NCBI GenBank assembly: GCA_030141605.1
Contig: JAQGDQ010000081.1
Location: 62,001-126,000 of the forward strand
DNA length: 64,000 bases
Source of the DNA: Tubiluchus corallicola
Taxonomy: Eukaryota > Animalia > Priapulida
Reading direction: 5' to 3'
Position 1 is the first letter of the stretch. Each line of letters starts with the position of its first letter. A program made the position numbers and the translations under genes. The notes under the pieces were generated by a model. It had not been told where the DNA came from. It did not search any database and saw only the letters and a program-made list of their open reading frames with translations. Shown one piece after another: positions 12,876 to 25,540 of the stretch.

Positions 12876-14029
12876 AAAACATCATAAACTACATTTGAAA
12901 CATAAATAATGTACTTTAGGCAAATGCTACGCAGAACGTATAGTTCAGTTGTAGCCATTTATTTAACTTGTTTTTAATATTTTTATATGGCTTTTTGTGC
13001 TGAAATAAAGTAATCTAATCTAATCAGATCTGATCTAATCACTTCTGGGCACAGCTATATGAATCTTGGAACACTGGTAATCATGATTTCTTAAAATTCC
13101 GGACTCTCGCTAATGTGCCTATAGCAAGCCTATCTAGAGAAATTTCTTCCTGGTTATAATTTAACGCACACCAGGAGTTAACTTATTGAGATCTCTTAGA
13201 CGATTACTATCTAATTTCACTATTACCTCATATTGTTCTCGGGTTGTTCATCTTATGCCCAATTATGCACTCATAATAGCTCATTGTATACTGGACGGCT
13301 CCTGCTAATGGCGGAGGTTAAACCTGTCAGCTTAACTGTCCACTTAATGCTGTCCCTGGGTCATAAATACACTCGTAGGATTAAGATTTGAGCGATTGAT
13401 TCAATGTGATTTCAGTCTTCAAGAATATTTGTTGCTAAAATGCTTTCACAAAGAAGATACTTTTCACTTGTACCACACATGATACTCAGAGAAGAACAGG
13501 ACGTTTTTTAATATTTGATGGGCTATTAGCCACGAGACGTCACTTCGAGAACTATTTTAAAGCACCAGCATGGACTAACTAGGTAGGACTATGTTTTGAT
13601 ACTCTCTTCTTGCATAATATTTTTTCAAGATGTACGAGAATGAGCACCAGGTACAGAAAGACCTAACTAACTAGACACTAGACTCAAAACACTAACTAGA
13701 ACTAGAGATGTTCAAGCTTAAAAACTTTTTTAAACAGCAATTAACACAACGTTATATTTATTTGCTTTCTAACATTACTATTGTTAGTTCTTATGTCTTA
13801 ACTTAAGCGTTGTATACTATATTATTAAATAAAAACCTAATATAATTAAATTAATGTTTTAAATTTTATTTAAACAATATCTGATAAAACGAAACATTCC
13901 GAACAACACTTTTTATCATCTATCGCCAAAACAGTGGCGGAAACCTTTTCAGCACTACTAAAAACAAAAAAATAAAATAAAATGACTGTCCCCTTTTACT
14001 CCAGTGTAGATCTTGTTACATTTCATACT

Positions 14030-14070
14030 TCTTCTTCTTCCCAGCTTTTCCCTATGCGGGGTCGCCGTAA
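14030..14070 (-). mobile_element. Extremely 5'-truncated RTE-type LINE 3' end (41 bp) with a 12-bp TSD
   Basis: ACATTTCATACT is duplicated at 14018-14029 and 14071-14082. The minus strand reads GGCGACCCCGCATAGGGAAAAGCTGG followed by (GAA)n, typical of RTE 3' ends. Confidence 0.8.
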
Positions 14071-14724
14071 ACATTTCATACTAAACCCATAAAAACTTAG
14101 CTGTTTGATGATAATTAATTAAGCCCTAATTATCAAATTAAGCCCTTCGCATCAAATTTGTAGAATTCAAGCACAGTGTCGTAATAACAATGTTGCAAAG
14201 TTCATTATGAATGTCATAAGAATTTATAATAATGATCTCAGTTAATGAGAAAATCCTTCCAGAAGAAGTTTTGTCAGACATAATTCAGAAAAAAGGATTT
14301 GGAATAAACAGGAATTGCAAGAAAACCTTCTATACAAACAAAGTAGTTATTTTATTTAGTTTTCTTTCTTTATTGTGATAGACAAGCCAAGCATGCAGTC
14401 TTTACTTCCTTGTTACATTATGCAGTGTTTGTCTTCTTTAGTCTGGTCTGTAAAATAAAGATGATCATTAGAAAAGGTGACTAAATTTCAACCAATAGTC
14501 GAACCAGATACTTAGTTTCAAGAGCCAATTTGTGTTACAAAAATTAATTATTATGTATTTACAATAACTGAAGACGTCTCACAGAACTGTCATTCAGAAA
14601 TCACAATGTTGCTGACTGGTTTCGGTCCAGACGGACCAGTTACAGGGCTTAGAATAATTTATGTCCGTCTGCTAACAGCTGTTAACGCTAAAGCTAAAGG
14701 TTGTTACTTCAAGATCTTACATCA

Positions 14725-14845
14725 AGTAGTAGTAGTGGTGGTTGTGGTGGTGGTGGTGGCGGTGCCGGGGGCGGCGGCGGCGACGGTGGGGGCGGCAGCA
14801 GCAGCAACAGCAGTAGTAGTAGTTGATAATGATAATTATTATTAT
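14725..14845. repeat. Compound trinucleotide microsatellite (GTA/GTG/GCG/GCA/GTA/ATT)
   Basis: Visible directly. Confidence 0.85.
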
Positions 14846-17446
14846 GTGTCCATCAAGAACGTAGCTAAAACTGACACGGAATTAGCAAAAATAAATTATG
14901 TTAACAACGATAACAATATAGCCAGTTAATCGTAAATTTTCAAAATTGCTGACAAGAATTTGGCACAAAGTTCAGACTCTAAAATGTACATATATTGCGC
15001 CAAGCATATGCATTACATAAAGCCTGTTTGTAATACTTGTGTATATTATATACAAACTGTTATAAACATCAGCCCTCAACAGTACATAGTAAATGTTGAA
15101 AACTAAAATCAATTCTCAATCATTTCTCGCTAGTTTTATGTAATATTTTCTGTGAAAACAATTAATGATAAATACCAGACTGTGGGAAAATTCCAATTCT
15201 GCACACTTATTGCTGTGATGCACCCTTGCAGCACCTGTCCTCAGGTGAAAATAAGCCAGTTATCTTATCAGCTAAACAAGGCGCCCGCTGAGGGCCCTGG
15301 CCAAATCAGGTAAACTCTTCCTATTGTTATTATTGTGTACGCACCTCCTGAGGACAAACACGACTTCACCTCCATTATGAGTGCCAAACTAAGGGTCCAT
15401 CTCTAATTGGCGTACCTATTGAAAATAGCATAATGGCTAAACTTTTAAAAGCTTCAGAGCGTGTAGAGCAAATATACATTGGGGCAAAATACGCAGCCAA
15501 AGCGAGAAGCGCTTGTTTAGTTTTGATCATAAAGGCTCTAAGAGCACGTAATATACTGCAACACGTTTCCAAAGTGATCTGCTGTTAATTGGTTTATTAG
15601 GAAACGGGCATTAGTGTTTTAATTCGGTGGTAATGGAAGTTGATTGCACGTTAGGGAATCTGTATGAACTACGTATAGGGCTTCATTTTAATTTTATAAC
15701 TTCTCGTGGGAATTGAACGGGCTTTCTCTCAATTAAATGTGTCATTAAACATGCGTGCTTGCGAGCCTCGTGTGATAAAATTTGTTCTTTTAAAACGACA
15801 CGTACGAATTTTGGTGTTTCCTTTTCAAATGAAACTGGGTGTAATAAATAAATAAATATTATGATTATAAATGTTTCAGTGCCTATCACACGTATCTTTT
15901 CTTCACAGAGCTTCTAAAGAGTTGTTGAAGAAACATTAAATGTTAATTTAAACGTTTTTTTAATTGCTTTTGTTCTATAATTATGCTCGAAAACGTTGAC
16001 GCAAACGCTAACACAAATCCGCAATTCTGTTTTGCATTCACAAAAGTAAAATGGCTAAAAGCAATTATGTAAAGACAGGGACTGCACATGTCACGAGTCT
16101 TGACTTGAACTGGCCTATATAGCGTGCGAACAAAAGCTGAGTTTTTAAATAAAGTTCATGCTAATACAAAGGCAACAAAACGACAGTTATATCTCTCAAA
16201 AGCTGAGAAATTGCAAATAATATTGTATTAAATTAAAAAGAGGCGCTGAACGCGAAATATAAATGCGAAACTTTGCGTCAAGAGTTTTCACATATACATG
16301 CTCCTTATGCGTGACGTTTGAGAATGGGTTAATTTACTCTACCTCAAACACCTCTCACTTGTCTGTGACTCTAACAATGTGTCTCAAGCGACTGACTGTT
16401 GTTTTAGCATGTGTTTCAGTGACCTGGCAATGGCTTTCCCACAGCTAACTGGCTAGAATCATGGCAGCGTGTTGTCTTTGGTCAAGAGAATTCAGTGCTT
16501 ACGTTTTTTGAACAAAGGACGAGCTAGAAATAACTCAAGAGAAATATGTATACTTGAGGTAACAACAAAACGATCAATGAAGTTCTTTACGAAATTTACA
16601 ATACAAGTTGAAGTTTACTGAAGAGATTTTGCAGTAGACTTATATCAGCTAGAGCGCGGAACTAAAACATTGCGTTTTCAACGTGTAGGAAAACCTCTTA
16701 GAAAACCGTGAAGAAAGGTTTTGAGGAGTTTAGTTCATACATTACAACCCACAAAAGTTAATTTTTTTATTTTTCAACAATGTTTTCGTTACCATAATTA
16801 CTAAATGGGACAATGTTTATCAATAGCCTTAGTCAACAACAGTTGGTTTGTAGAAACAGTTAATCAGGTTAGTACAGAATAATACGATGGGCTTCCTCAT
16901 ACTGGTGCCGCCACATGTTTCCCGGTAAATCCAGAAAAGTTTTCTTAAAAGTGGTAACCGACAAAACCGAGTAACTTACTTACGCTCAATTTGCGAAAGA
17001 TCAGCCATTTTTCAGGCCCAACCGATTTGAAAATTAGTCAAATGTTTGGAATTCCACAGCATAGATCTATTTAAAAGATACCTTATCAGTCAAATGTTCT
17101 TTTTCGGGTAGGGCGCCTGATATAAATAAAAATGAATGATTGCAATCGACAGATAGTAACCGAGGGTAGAAATCAAGAGAAAAAAGCTAATGCTTGTAGT
17201 TGTAGCTGTAGCTGTAATTGTAGCAGTAACAGCAATAAAAGAGCTAAAGTTTGTATAACAAGACAGTCATCAATATAACAAATATTAATCATTATGCTGA
17301 AAGACTAATATTTATCAGTGCACTGTAAATGTTAGCATATCTTGTAAAAACGGAATTATAATGGCTTATTCTCTGCATAACTGAAATCAAACTGTACCGC
17401 AGTACCTAGAATGAAAGTACTACATTAAAAGTACCAATAAAGGTGA

Positions 17447-17547
<101 letters not shown>

Positions 17548-18632
17548 ATACATAGTAATATAGTTTATTGGCCAGCGAAATAGCGGGACGACAAATCGTC
17601 TAGATTGGTCCAATAAAAATAAAGGTTTTACTTTTAGCTGAATCAATGAAATCACGAGACAAAAATACATAAATCATTTCAAGCAAAAGTTTACTATATA
17701 TTAATGCCTGCATGACTGCAATTGTTATTTCTAATTTAATATTTCGCTTTGAGGTTCAAATGCTTTTCAAGCTTTAAATGCTTATGGTTTCAGCCGTTTC
17801 AGTATTTTCCAACACAGTGTATAGCTATGACACGATATGTAGCTATGACAACGAGACGCAGCACCATTAAGCAGGTGTATACTCTAGTTTTTATTCGACA
17901 CTGAATGCTTGTTCAGTCAGCTCATCTAGCTCGTAGCTGATGTCTGTTCACAGGAAAAACCAAGAAGAAATTTGTCACTTCTGTCTGCAAAACACAATTA
18001 CTTGCGTCAGGAGACGTACATTAATCACGGAGCGGATGTTCAACAGTCGCCATGTGTTGATGTCAATTGTGTGCACTTCAGCAACACGAATGAGAGGTTT
18101 CAGAAAAAACCTTAACGCAATATATGACTGCGCTTCTGAAATTTCATGTTTCATTTAACAGTTCGTGGAATACATTCGTTCTTTAAACCAAATTTGGTTA
18201 ACAGAAGGTACAGTGAAAAGATCAGACTGAGTATAGATTTGAACCAAGGACCTTTTGGCTGACAAGTCTTATGCCAAGATTACTAGAGCATTAACCGTTA
18301 TAATTAGGGTAGCTAATGGCTTCAATTCAACGAAAGCAAATTGAGATAAATTGTTAAGGTCATTTCAAAGTCAAATGAAACACATTCCGAAATTATTATT
18401 AAAATGAAGTGCAACTCCCATGTCAGCAAGCATTTTGAATTCAATAAAAGCAAAATCATGATCTAAAAAGAGGAAAAAGTAAACATTTTCCAGTTCCTCG
18501 ATTAAACACTGTACAGATTACAGCAGTCGTGTTACCGTTCCAGTTACGCTTTTAGTCATGTTGCCGAATCTTACATTTATGACTTCGTCATGAACAGGAG
18601 TCTAGTATTTTAGCTGGTATATATATTATTGT

Positions 18633-18680
18633 ACTCTCATTACTATTATATATATATATATATATAATAGTAATGAGAGT
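18633..18680. repeat. Perfect 48-bp palindrome with an (AT)n centre
   Basis: ACTCTCATTACTATT-(AT)n-AATAGTAATGAGAGT; the arms are exact reverse complements. Confidence 0.9.
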
Positions 18681-19284
18681 GTCAAGAGTTTAGTGAATTA
18701 CTGTGGCACTATGCCTGCAAACTTTCTAATTTGTAAAAAATTTAATTTTTTACAGGAAAGTCAATACTCGAGCATCGACATTATTCGGTTAATGTTGTAT
18801 TTAACTAACGGTAGACTTATTTCTTCATTGTCACTTAAAAAGAAAGTATAGCTTATCTTTGAGGTTTGATAATGTGAATGTTAAAAAGCTAATTATTAAT
18901 GCTTTTAATTGTGTTTACAAGATTATCTGTAAGGATATGTGAAAAATAACGACATTTTTTTGTACGATTATGTACGATCATTGTCATTTTTAAAAATTGT
19001 TTATTTTATGCACACTATTTTTTTCTTTTTTGTGTGTTTATACAAATTTTTCTTTGTTATATTTTGTGTATATGAATATATGACTGTATCTGTAATGGTA
19101 TCTCTATACGAAATAAAAAAATAACAGTAATAATAACACACACATGTGTGTGCGATTATTATTGTTATCCATACTGACTTTGTGTAGATGGTTACTGCTA
19201 GACCCGAACACATACTTCAGCCATGTTTGGATGTGCACATAATTGCCCTCTACGAGGTATATTCGGAAGCAAAAGAATCCGCTC

Positions 19285-19393
19285 AGAAGTAGTTATCTCA
19301 ACGGTCACTCATACGCTTACTTACCAGGCATGGTGTTGCTTAATTTTGGTCGCTGCAGGTGAGTTATTCCCGCCACGTAGACCTACTAGTCCC
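19285..19393 (-). mobile_element. 5S rRNA-derived SINE head (SINE3-like) or 5S pseudogene fragment
   Basis: Minus strand AAATTAAGCAACACCATGCCTGGTAAGTAAGCGTATGAGTGACCG resembles the 5S internal control region (AGCTAAGCAG..GCCTGGTTAGTACTTGGATGGGAGACCG). Confidence 0.55.
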
Positions 19394-21099
19394 GTATAGA
19401 TTAAAAACTTAAACGATGGTAATAATATTTACGTTTAAAAGAAGCTAGTCATACTGTTTTAAATGCTCAAGTGTATTAGCCTTAACTCTTACTTGGCCTC
19501 AAGCATTATGTTAAGTTCGTCATTACAGTCCGATTTTACGTTTGTTGGAAGAAAATGTATCCTAAACTACTTGAAACTTTGGTCCAGTTTCAACCTCGTG
19601 TAAATTAAGATCAGCGAAGAGAAGTAGGAAGTCAAGCAAGGCGATAATCTCTGCTCTTTTCTACACCACCATGTTGTTTAATGTTTTAAATGTTAGTTTA
19701 GGAATACAAAGCTTCTAGGTGAGCATGCACCAACTATCTGTTTAGTTTTCTCATAGATTTATAACTGGTGTATACTATATGGCTTATGCAGAGCTACTTC
19801 CCGGACTGTGGAATGTACAGCTAAATGCATTTACAAACATTTAATTAAAAACAAACTGAACGTAGATAATATGACATTTCGCAGTTTCGTGTAGATTTCT
19901 GAGGCAAAAGTTATTTTATTCGTAAACATTTAAAAAAATTTCTCCGCATTTTATCCATGTTCCATTGAACGGGTATACAAAAGAACACCTGTAAGAATTA
20001 GACACAATAAAGACGGCTTTTGAAGAGAATAAGCTGACAGAATTGTCGTTTTGACCTTGTTTAGAATTGTCTGTTTTCAACTGATACCCGGAGCCTAATA
20101 AATTGCTTAAACGGCCTTTTCGTTGAGCCTTGGATACGGAAAACTAAAAGAAATCACATTACACTACAAAAGGATCGCTATTATCAGACATACAAAGAGA
20201 AAAAAGAAGAGTGTCTGTTATTAATTATGTTTTGTTTGAATAATTAATTATTACCTGTTTAATTAATACGGACTTAGTCGTATATAATATTAAGTTATTA
20301 TAGCCATTGTGTGTACTTCACTGGAAATGATGCTTTTGCTGCTTTTTTTAAAGTTTTAATTTTCCTACGTTTTCATCCGTATGAAACTGTTAGAATTCTC
20401 CGAAATTTTATAAAGAACCTGTTGCTGCTAATCGCCATAATTATTATTTGAACTTTACTAAAAACCGTATACAGTCTATTGAAAAAGCAACGAATTAATG
20501 GCACGATTTTCTTTCTGCGCTTAATTCTCTCCTAACAAATTCTGCACAATGGTTTGTTTTGAATGTACTTTTCATTTTACTCGCCTTGCGCTCTGTCAAT
20601 TATAACAATTAGTTCAAGTAGCAAAACTTTGTTAATACCACCCTTTATACGGAGCATAACGAAATGAAAGAAAACTCCATAGGGAGCCAAGTCGTGGAAT
20701 AATGGGCAATATGTTGCGACCGACATTTGGTTGCGAACTTTGGTTGCTGCAGATAGAATCAAAAATACTGTGTGACCGAATAATGAATGCGTTAAAACTG
20801 CACACGTGCTATAAATAAGCTTTATAAAACATAGGAGCACTATATTTTATCGTTTAATTATTGCGCTATAATTGCAAGCAAAGCAAATCTACCATTGACC
20901 CGCATAATATCAGCAAAGATGAAAATAATAAATGTTTTGATGTCATATGTATTGATTAATATATTTTGGAAGCACAAAAAATCGCCAAAGTCAAAAAGAT
21001 CTTGAACTATATACATTTCTGCAGCTATATTTTTGAGCTTTAGAGAAGTTTATCTTACATCTACTGTCCTAAGAGCTCATTAAGTGATAAAACTTGTGA

Positions 21100-21540
21100 T
21101 GCAACACAGAATAATGAATATGATATGCTCAGTGTATTTATCAACCCATCCAAGGCGTTTGATCCGCGGTACATCATTATTGTTAGAAAATCATATGTAA
21201 TGGGCATCATCCTGGAATTGGCTAATTGGCTAAAACTCTAGCTGAAATAATTTAAACAGTAGAAAACAATAGAAGACGAAAAGCAGCATTAAATCGGGCC
21301 AGTAAAAGGATGATCAGTGGCTTATCTTAGAGGATTATCCTTCATAATCAGCTAGCTGCTGGTTTCTTTGCATCATAAAGATTTTAGGGTCTGCTTTGGC
21401 CTGCAGCGTACAAAATTTAAAAATGAAATTCTGCACATACTGTCGCTGCGGTGCCAATATTGAGCCCATTATTATTTCTATCACTGATGTATAAATAATT
21501 TAGCATTCGCGTTTTTCTCCTTATCTTTGCTAACAGCATA
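21100..21540 (+). pseudogene. Decayed LINE reverse-transcriptase fragment
   Basis: VFINPSKAFD (21134-21163) and ILSPLLFL (~21460-21480) RT-like motifs, disrupted by stops and frameshifts. Confidence 0.5.
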
Positions 21541-22790
21541 TGTTTTGTAACTCATAAAAGTGTGATAGCATATGATGAATGTTGACTTAGCAAATGGTTA
21601 TTTGCATTGTACATTATATTTAAGAAGTAGCTAAGAACGCAACGAGAAAGAGACCCATCTAGAGCTCAAAAATTTAACTTCTAGTGCTGTACTCAAATAT
21701 TAGACCACGTACTGCAGCCTTATCGGGCTGTCAGCCATTTTTTTAATCATTTGGTTACACGACTGTTCATTGAGACGTTAAAAATCTCAAGTGTTTTTGA
21801 AGGGAAGTGATGATGAGATGACGGATGGTGGAACAAAAATGACGTCAATGTAGTCGCTGCCGGCAGCTCAATGGTAACGATAATGAACGAGAAAATTCAA
21901 ATTATGCGTCGGTTTTGCCATAATAAACTGTTCTGTAGCTTCAACTTCTATGTTCTCTTTAGAACAAAAGAAGGCTATTATCAAAACACCTTTAACCACA
22001 TTAAGACAGGTCAGTGTTCTTTTCTGTGCTGGACAGTTGACGTGTTGTAACACAGTATAAACCCAGTTAACTTAATGGCTCCAACAGAAGTGGTGAAAGT
22101 AGCTGAGCTTCGTTACTCATTCATGCCATTCCCATCAATTTCAGTTTTATAGTCCCTGTAATAATCCCGATTTTTAAAGGTGCAGCACAATAATTTTAGG
22201 TGAGGCTGAGAATGCAACAATACCCTAGTATGATACTCGCCTCATAGATTGCATACCAATAAGTCATTTGGGATGGGGACTTTTAAAACCGGTCAGCGTC
22301 AGCTGTTTTAATGCTATAATAATTTATTTGCTGATTTTTGATATATTCTCACAACTGTGCAGACTTGCATCGAAATGATATTAATAATTTATTAAACAGC
22401 AAACGTCTCCACAAGCCATTTCTTGGCATTTATGGGGTTAATAGCCAGCCGTAAAAAGAGTATGGACAAGACAAAGAAGGAAGAGTTGATGTTTATCTCT
22501 GGCAGACACTTGAAATGGGAAACTCGTCTGCAAGCGGTCAGTAGTTTAATTTACTGGCTTTGTTGGCTGTGCAATAAAACTATCATTATATTCAGGCGAG
22601 AAAACGCCACTCCAGGAATTTCACGCAATAAAAGAAAGTTATTACTTTGTACATATATATATATATTGCAAGATTATTTTGCTGTTTTGAAACGTAAAAG
22701 TAAATGCTATGGATCAGGATAATGTGCACTTGTGACGTCAACAATGACACTTACGATAACAATGAGGACGAAAATAATAGTGATAGCTTT

Positions 22791-22910
22791 GATGATGATG
22801 ATGATGATGATGATAATGTTGATGATGACGGCGACGACGACGATGATGACGGTGATGATGATGATGAGATGATGATGATGATGGTGATGGTTATGGTGTG
22901 GTGGTGGTGG
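22791..22910. repeat. Imperfect (GAT/GAC/GGT)n microsatellite
   Basis: Visible directly. Confidence 0.9.
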
Positions 22911-23989
22911 CAGTGACTTCTTACCTTTTTTTACTTTACTTACATTACTTTACAGTGTACTTCGCTTGCATGGTGGTGATGTCCATTTTTCACTTAATAC
23001 AATATATGCTTAAAGTGGGAAGACCCTTATATATAAGGCATAACGAAGACATAACTTGATTACCATCAGGTAGCTAATCCTATCTTCGTATCTCTTCCAA
23101 TATCCAGAGGGAGGGTTTTGAAGTAAAGGAGGTTATTATACCACCTAACTATTTAATTTTGTTTAGGAGAGGACTCGAGAGCTGCTCATACTTGTAGTGT
23201 TGGCTTCATTGTAAGCGCGTTTGGAAAAGTAAGTCTACTCCTGAAAATCACTAGAAAATGCCGTTTAAGTTCTCAATTAGCAACGTTGTCAATACCGATT
23301 TCCTAATGGACAAAGCAGCTCGCAGCTGCAAATTTCAAACTGAATTCTTAAACCTTGGATCTGCCGTAAAATCGAGCGTAGAGGTAGTGGGTGCTGTTTA
23401 CCGTGTAAACATTGATGCTACTTACTGCTGGTTACTTCACAAAATTTGCTATGTGTACAAGCATGTATTTGCATTAGGTTTAAACACGAAAAAATAAGAC
23501 GATTCTTTTCAAGTTTTGAGCATCCTTTACATAGAAGCGCCATCACGATCATCGATCTATCGTTGGGAGTGCCTATTTTACTGCATTGATCGCCTTCTGC
23601 CCTGGATGTCACCGAGTATGCTACTTGACGTTGGTGAGGAATGCACTTGAGCACCATGTTAATCTAATTTTATACAATGAAGTCTTGATTTACTCTTGTA
23701 TATCTCATGTCATCAATTGTATAGAATATGTATGATTAGTTTTCTTTATTAGTTTTGCTGGGATAGAAGGGCAACGTTGTCATGAAGATAATAATGGTAT
23801 CAATTTAATCAGAACCAGCTTTTTGCAAGTCAAGAATTTAAAACGAATAAAAAAATCGAAGTCTTAATTTTTTATTTTTTTACAATATAAATCGTTTGTC
23901 ACACGAAACACAACAAACAGAGTGTTTAATAAATTTTGTAATCCAAACGGCGGCAATTTCGTATAAATACGAGATCTGAGAAGCTGTAT

Positions 23990-24075
23990 AGGTGATGGTG
24001 ACGATGACAATGACGACGACAACGATGATGATGATGGTGATTATGATGATGATGATGATGATGACGATGACGATA
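23990..24075. repeat. Imperfect (GAT/GAC)n microsatellite
   Basis: Visible directly. Confidence 0.9.
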
Positions 24076-24909
24076 AATTTCATATGAATATGGGCCGAAT
24101 ATATACTAAGTGTATAATGTATTTCCATTGCCATTAGGCGGTACTACAATCAGAGATTTTTGCAGTTCTCTGCTATACAACTAGCTATCAGCTTCTCAAT
24201 ACAAGGCAGGCCTACCTTTGCAGATTATTAACCTAGAAATCAATGCCGCACACACAGGAAAAGATATAGTGCTAGTCGCCGGTCACTCTACAAACATTGC
24301 TTGTGCAACTGAGCACTGTTATATTGAGAATATGAATATTTCATGGCTGAATGCCACTGAGCAGTAAACATTATTAACATAATCAAATGGCTCTTATGAG
24401 TTTGCCAAATGTAGAATGGGAAATTTAATCTGCAGTGTTCGCCTTAGAACTCACTTCGCTCCTTCAAAGGCAATGACGTAAGATGTAACCATAAATAGTG
24501 AGAACTACAAATATATGCGTCCATATTCTGACCATTTTTACCCAACAAATTCGTTAATTCAATATTCTCTTTTTCTGTCTTTCATTTTTTCTTAATTTCT
24601 CGTCTTCTTCTTTATTTCTTTTTTGCTTTGTTTTGTACACTAAATACTTACTAGACATTCTAACATAGATACTTCTCTTAAAAACTGTCAGTATGTAATG
24701 GTAAAAAATTACTGGTGTCATTATTCATCACAGACGTATTCAGAGAAAGTCTGCAAGAGTGCAAGTCTTTCGTCCCGCCTACTTCGGATACTACAGATTC
24801 ATCTCAGAGATATATGGTCATCGCACAGTCATGAAAATCCTGCGTTCGGTTTAGGTAATTACCATTTCGTAGTCCTAATTGAAGCAAAATGCAAATGACA
24901 AGCGAAGAA

Positions 24910-25540
24910 ATGCAAGCCGAAGCACTGCCTGCCAGCCGTATAAATTAGCAGAGGCCTGGAAGCCCGAAATTGTATGTTATGCAAATCAACTTAACCCTGG
25001 AAGCCTGTACAGCACGTCCTCAGCTGAGTACCGGAAGTAAATATACAAGATGTCGTTGGCTGAGTACCGGAAGCTTGTCACAAAATAAATCAGCTGATTA
25101 CTGAATGCTCATGTACTGCATGTTACGTGATTTAGCTGAGTACTGGAATGTACATACTGCATGTTACGTTAATTAGCTTAGCACTGAAAGTCACATACTG
25201 CATATCACATGAATTAGTTGAGCACTGGAAGCCACGTACTGCAGGTAATGCAAATAAGTTGAGTACTGGAAACCATATACTGCAGCTTGTAAACCAACTG
25301 TGTTCTGAAAACCAGGTTCTGCATGTCATGTAAGACAGTCGATCACTGAAAGGTTTCATACCACATGTCATGTGAATCAACTGAGTTCTGAAAAACACAT
25401 GATGTTAGCTGAGTATTGGAAGCCACATACTGCACACTTGTAAATTAAATGAGTACTAAAACGTGAGTTGTACTGCATGTCTTCTAAATGAACTTAATAT
25501 TGAAAGATCAGGCACTACATGTCATTGTAAATCAGCAATG
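24910..25540 (+). repeat. Degenerate minisatellite, ~41-bp unit, about 15 copies
   Basis: Approximate consensus AATCAGCTGAGTACTGGAAGCCACATACTGCATGTCATGTA, repeated head-to-tail. Confidence 0.88.

Noticed and set aside
24910-25540. CRISPR-like periodicity
   Set aside because: The whole unit repeats with no unique spacers, the context is eukaryotic, and there are no cas genes.
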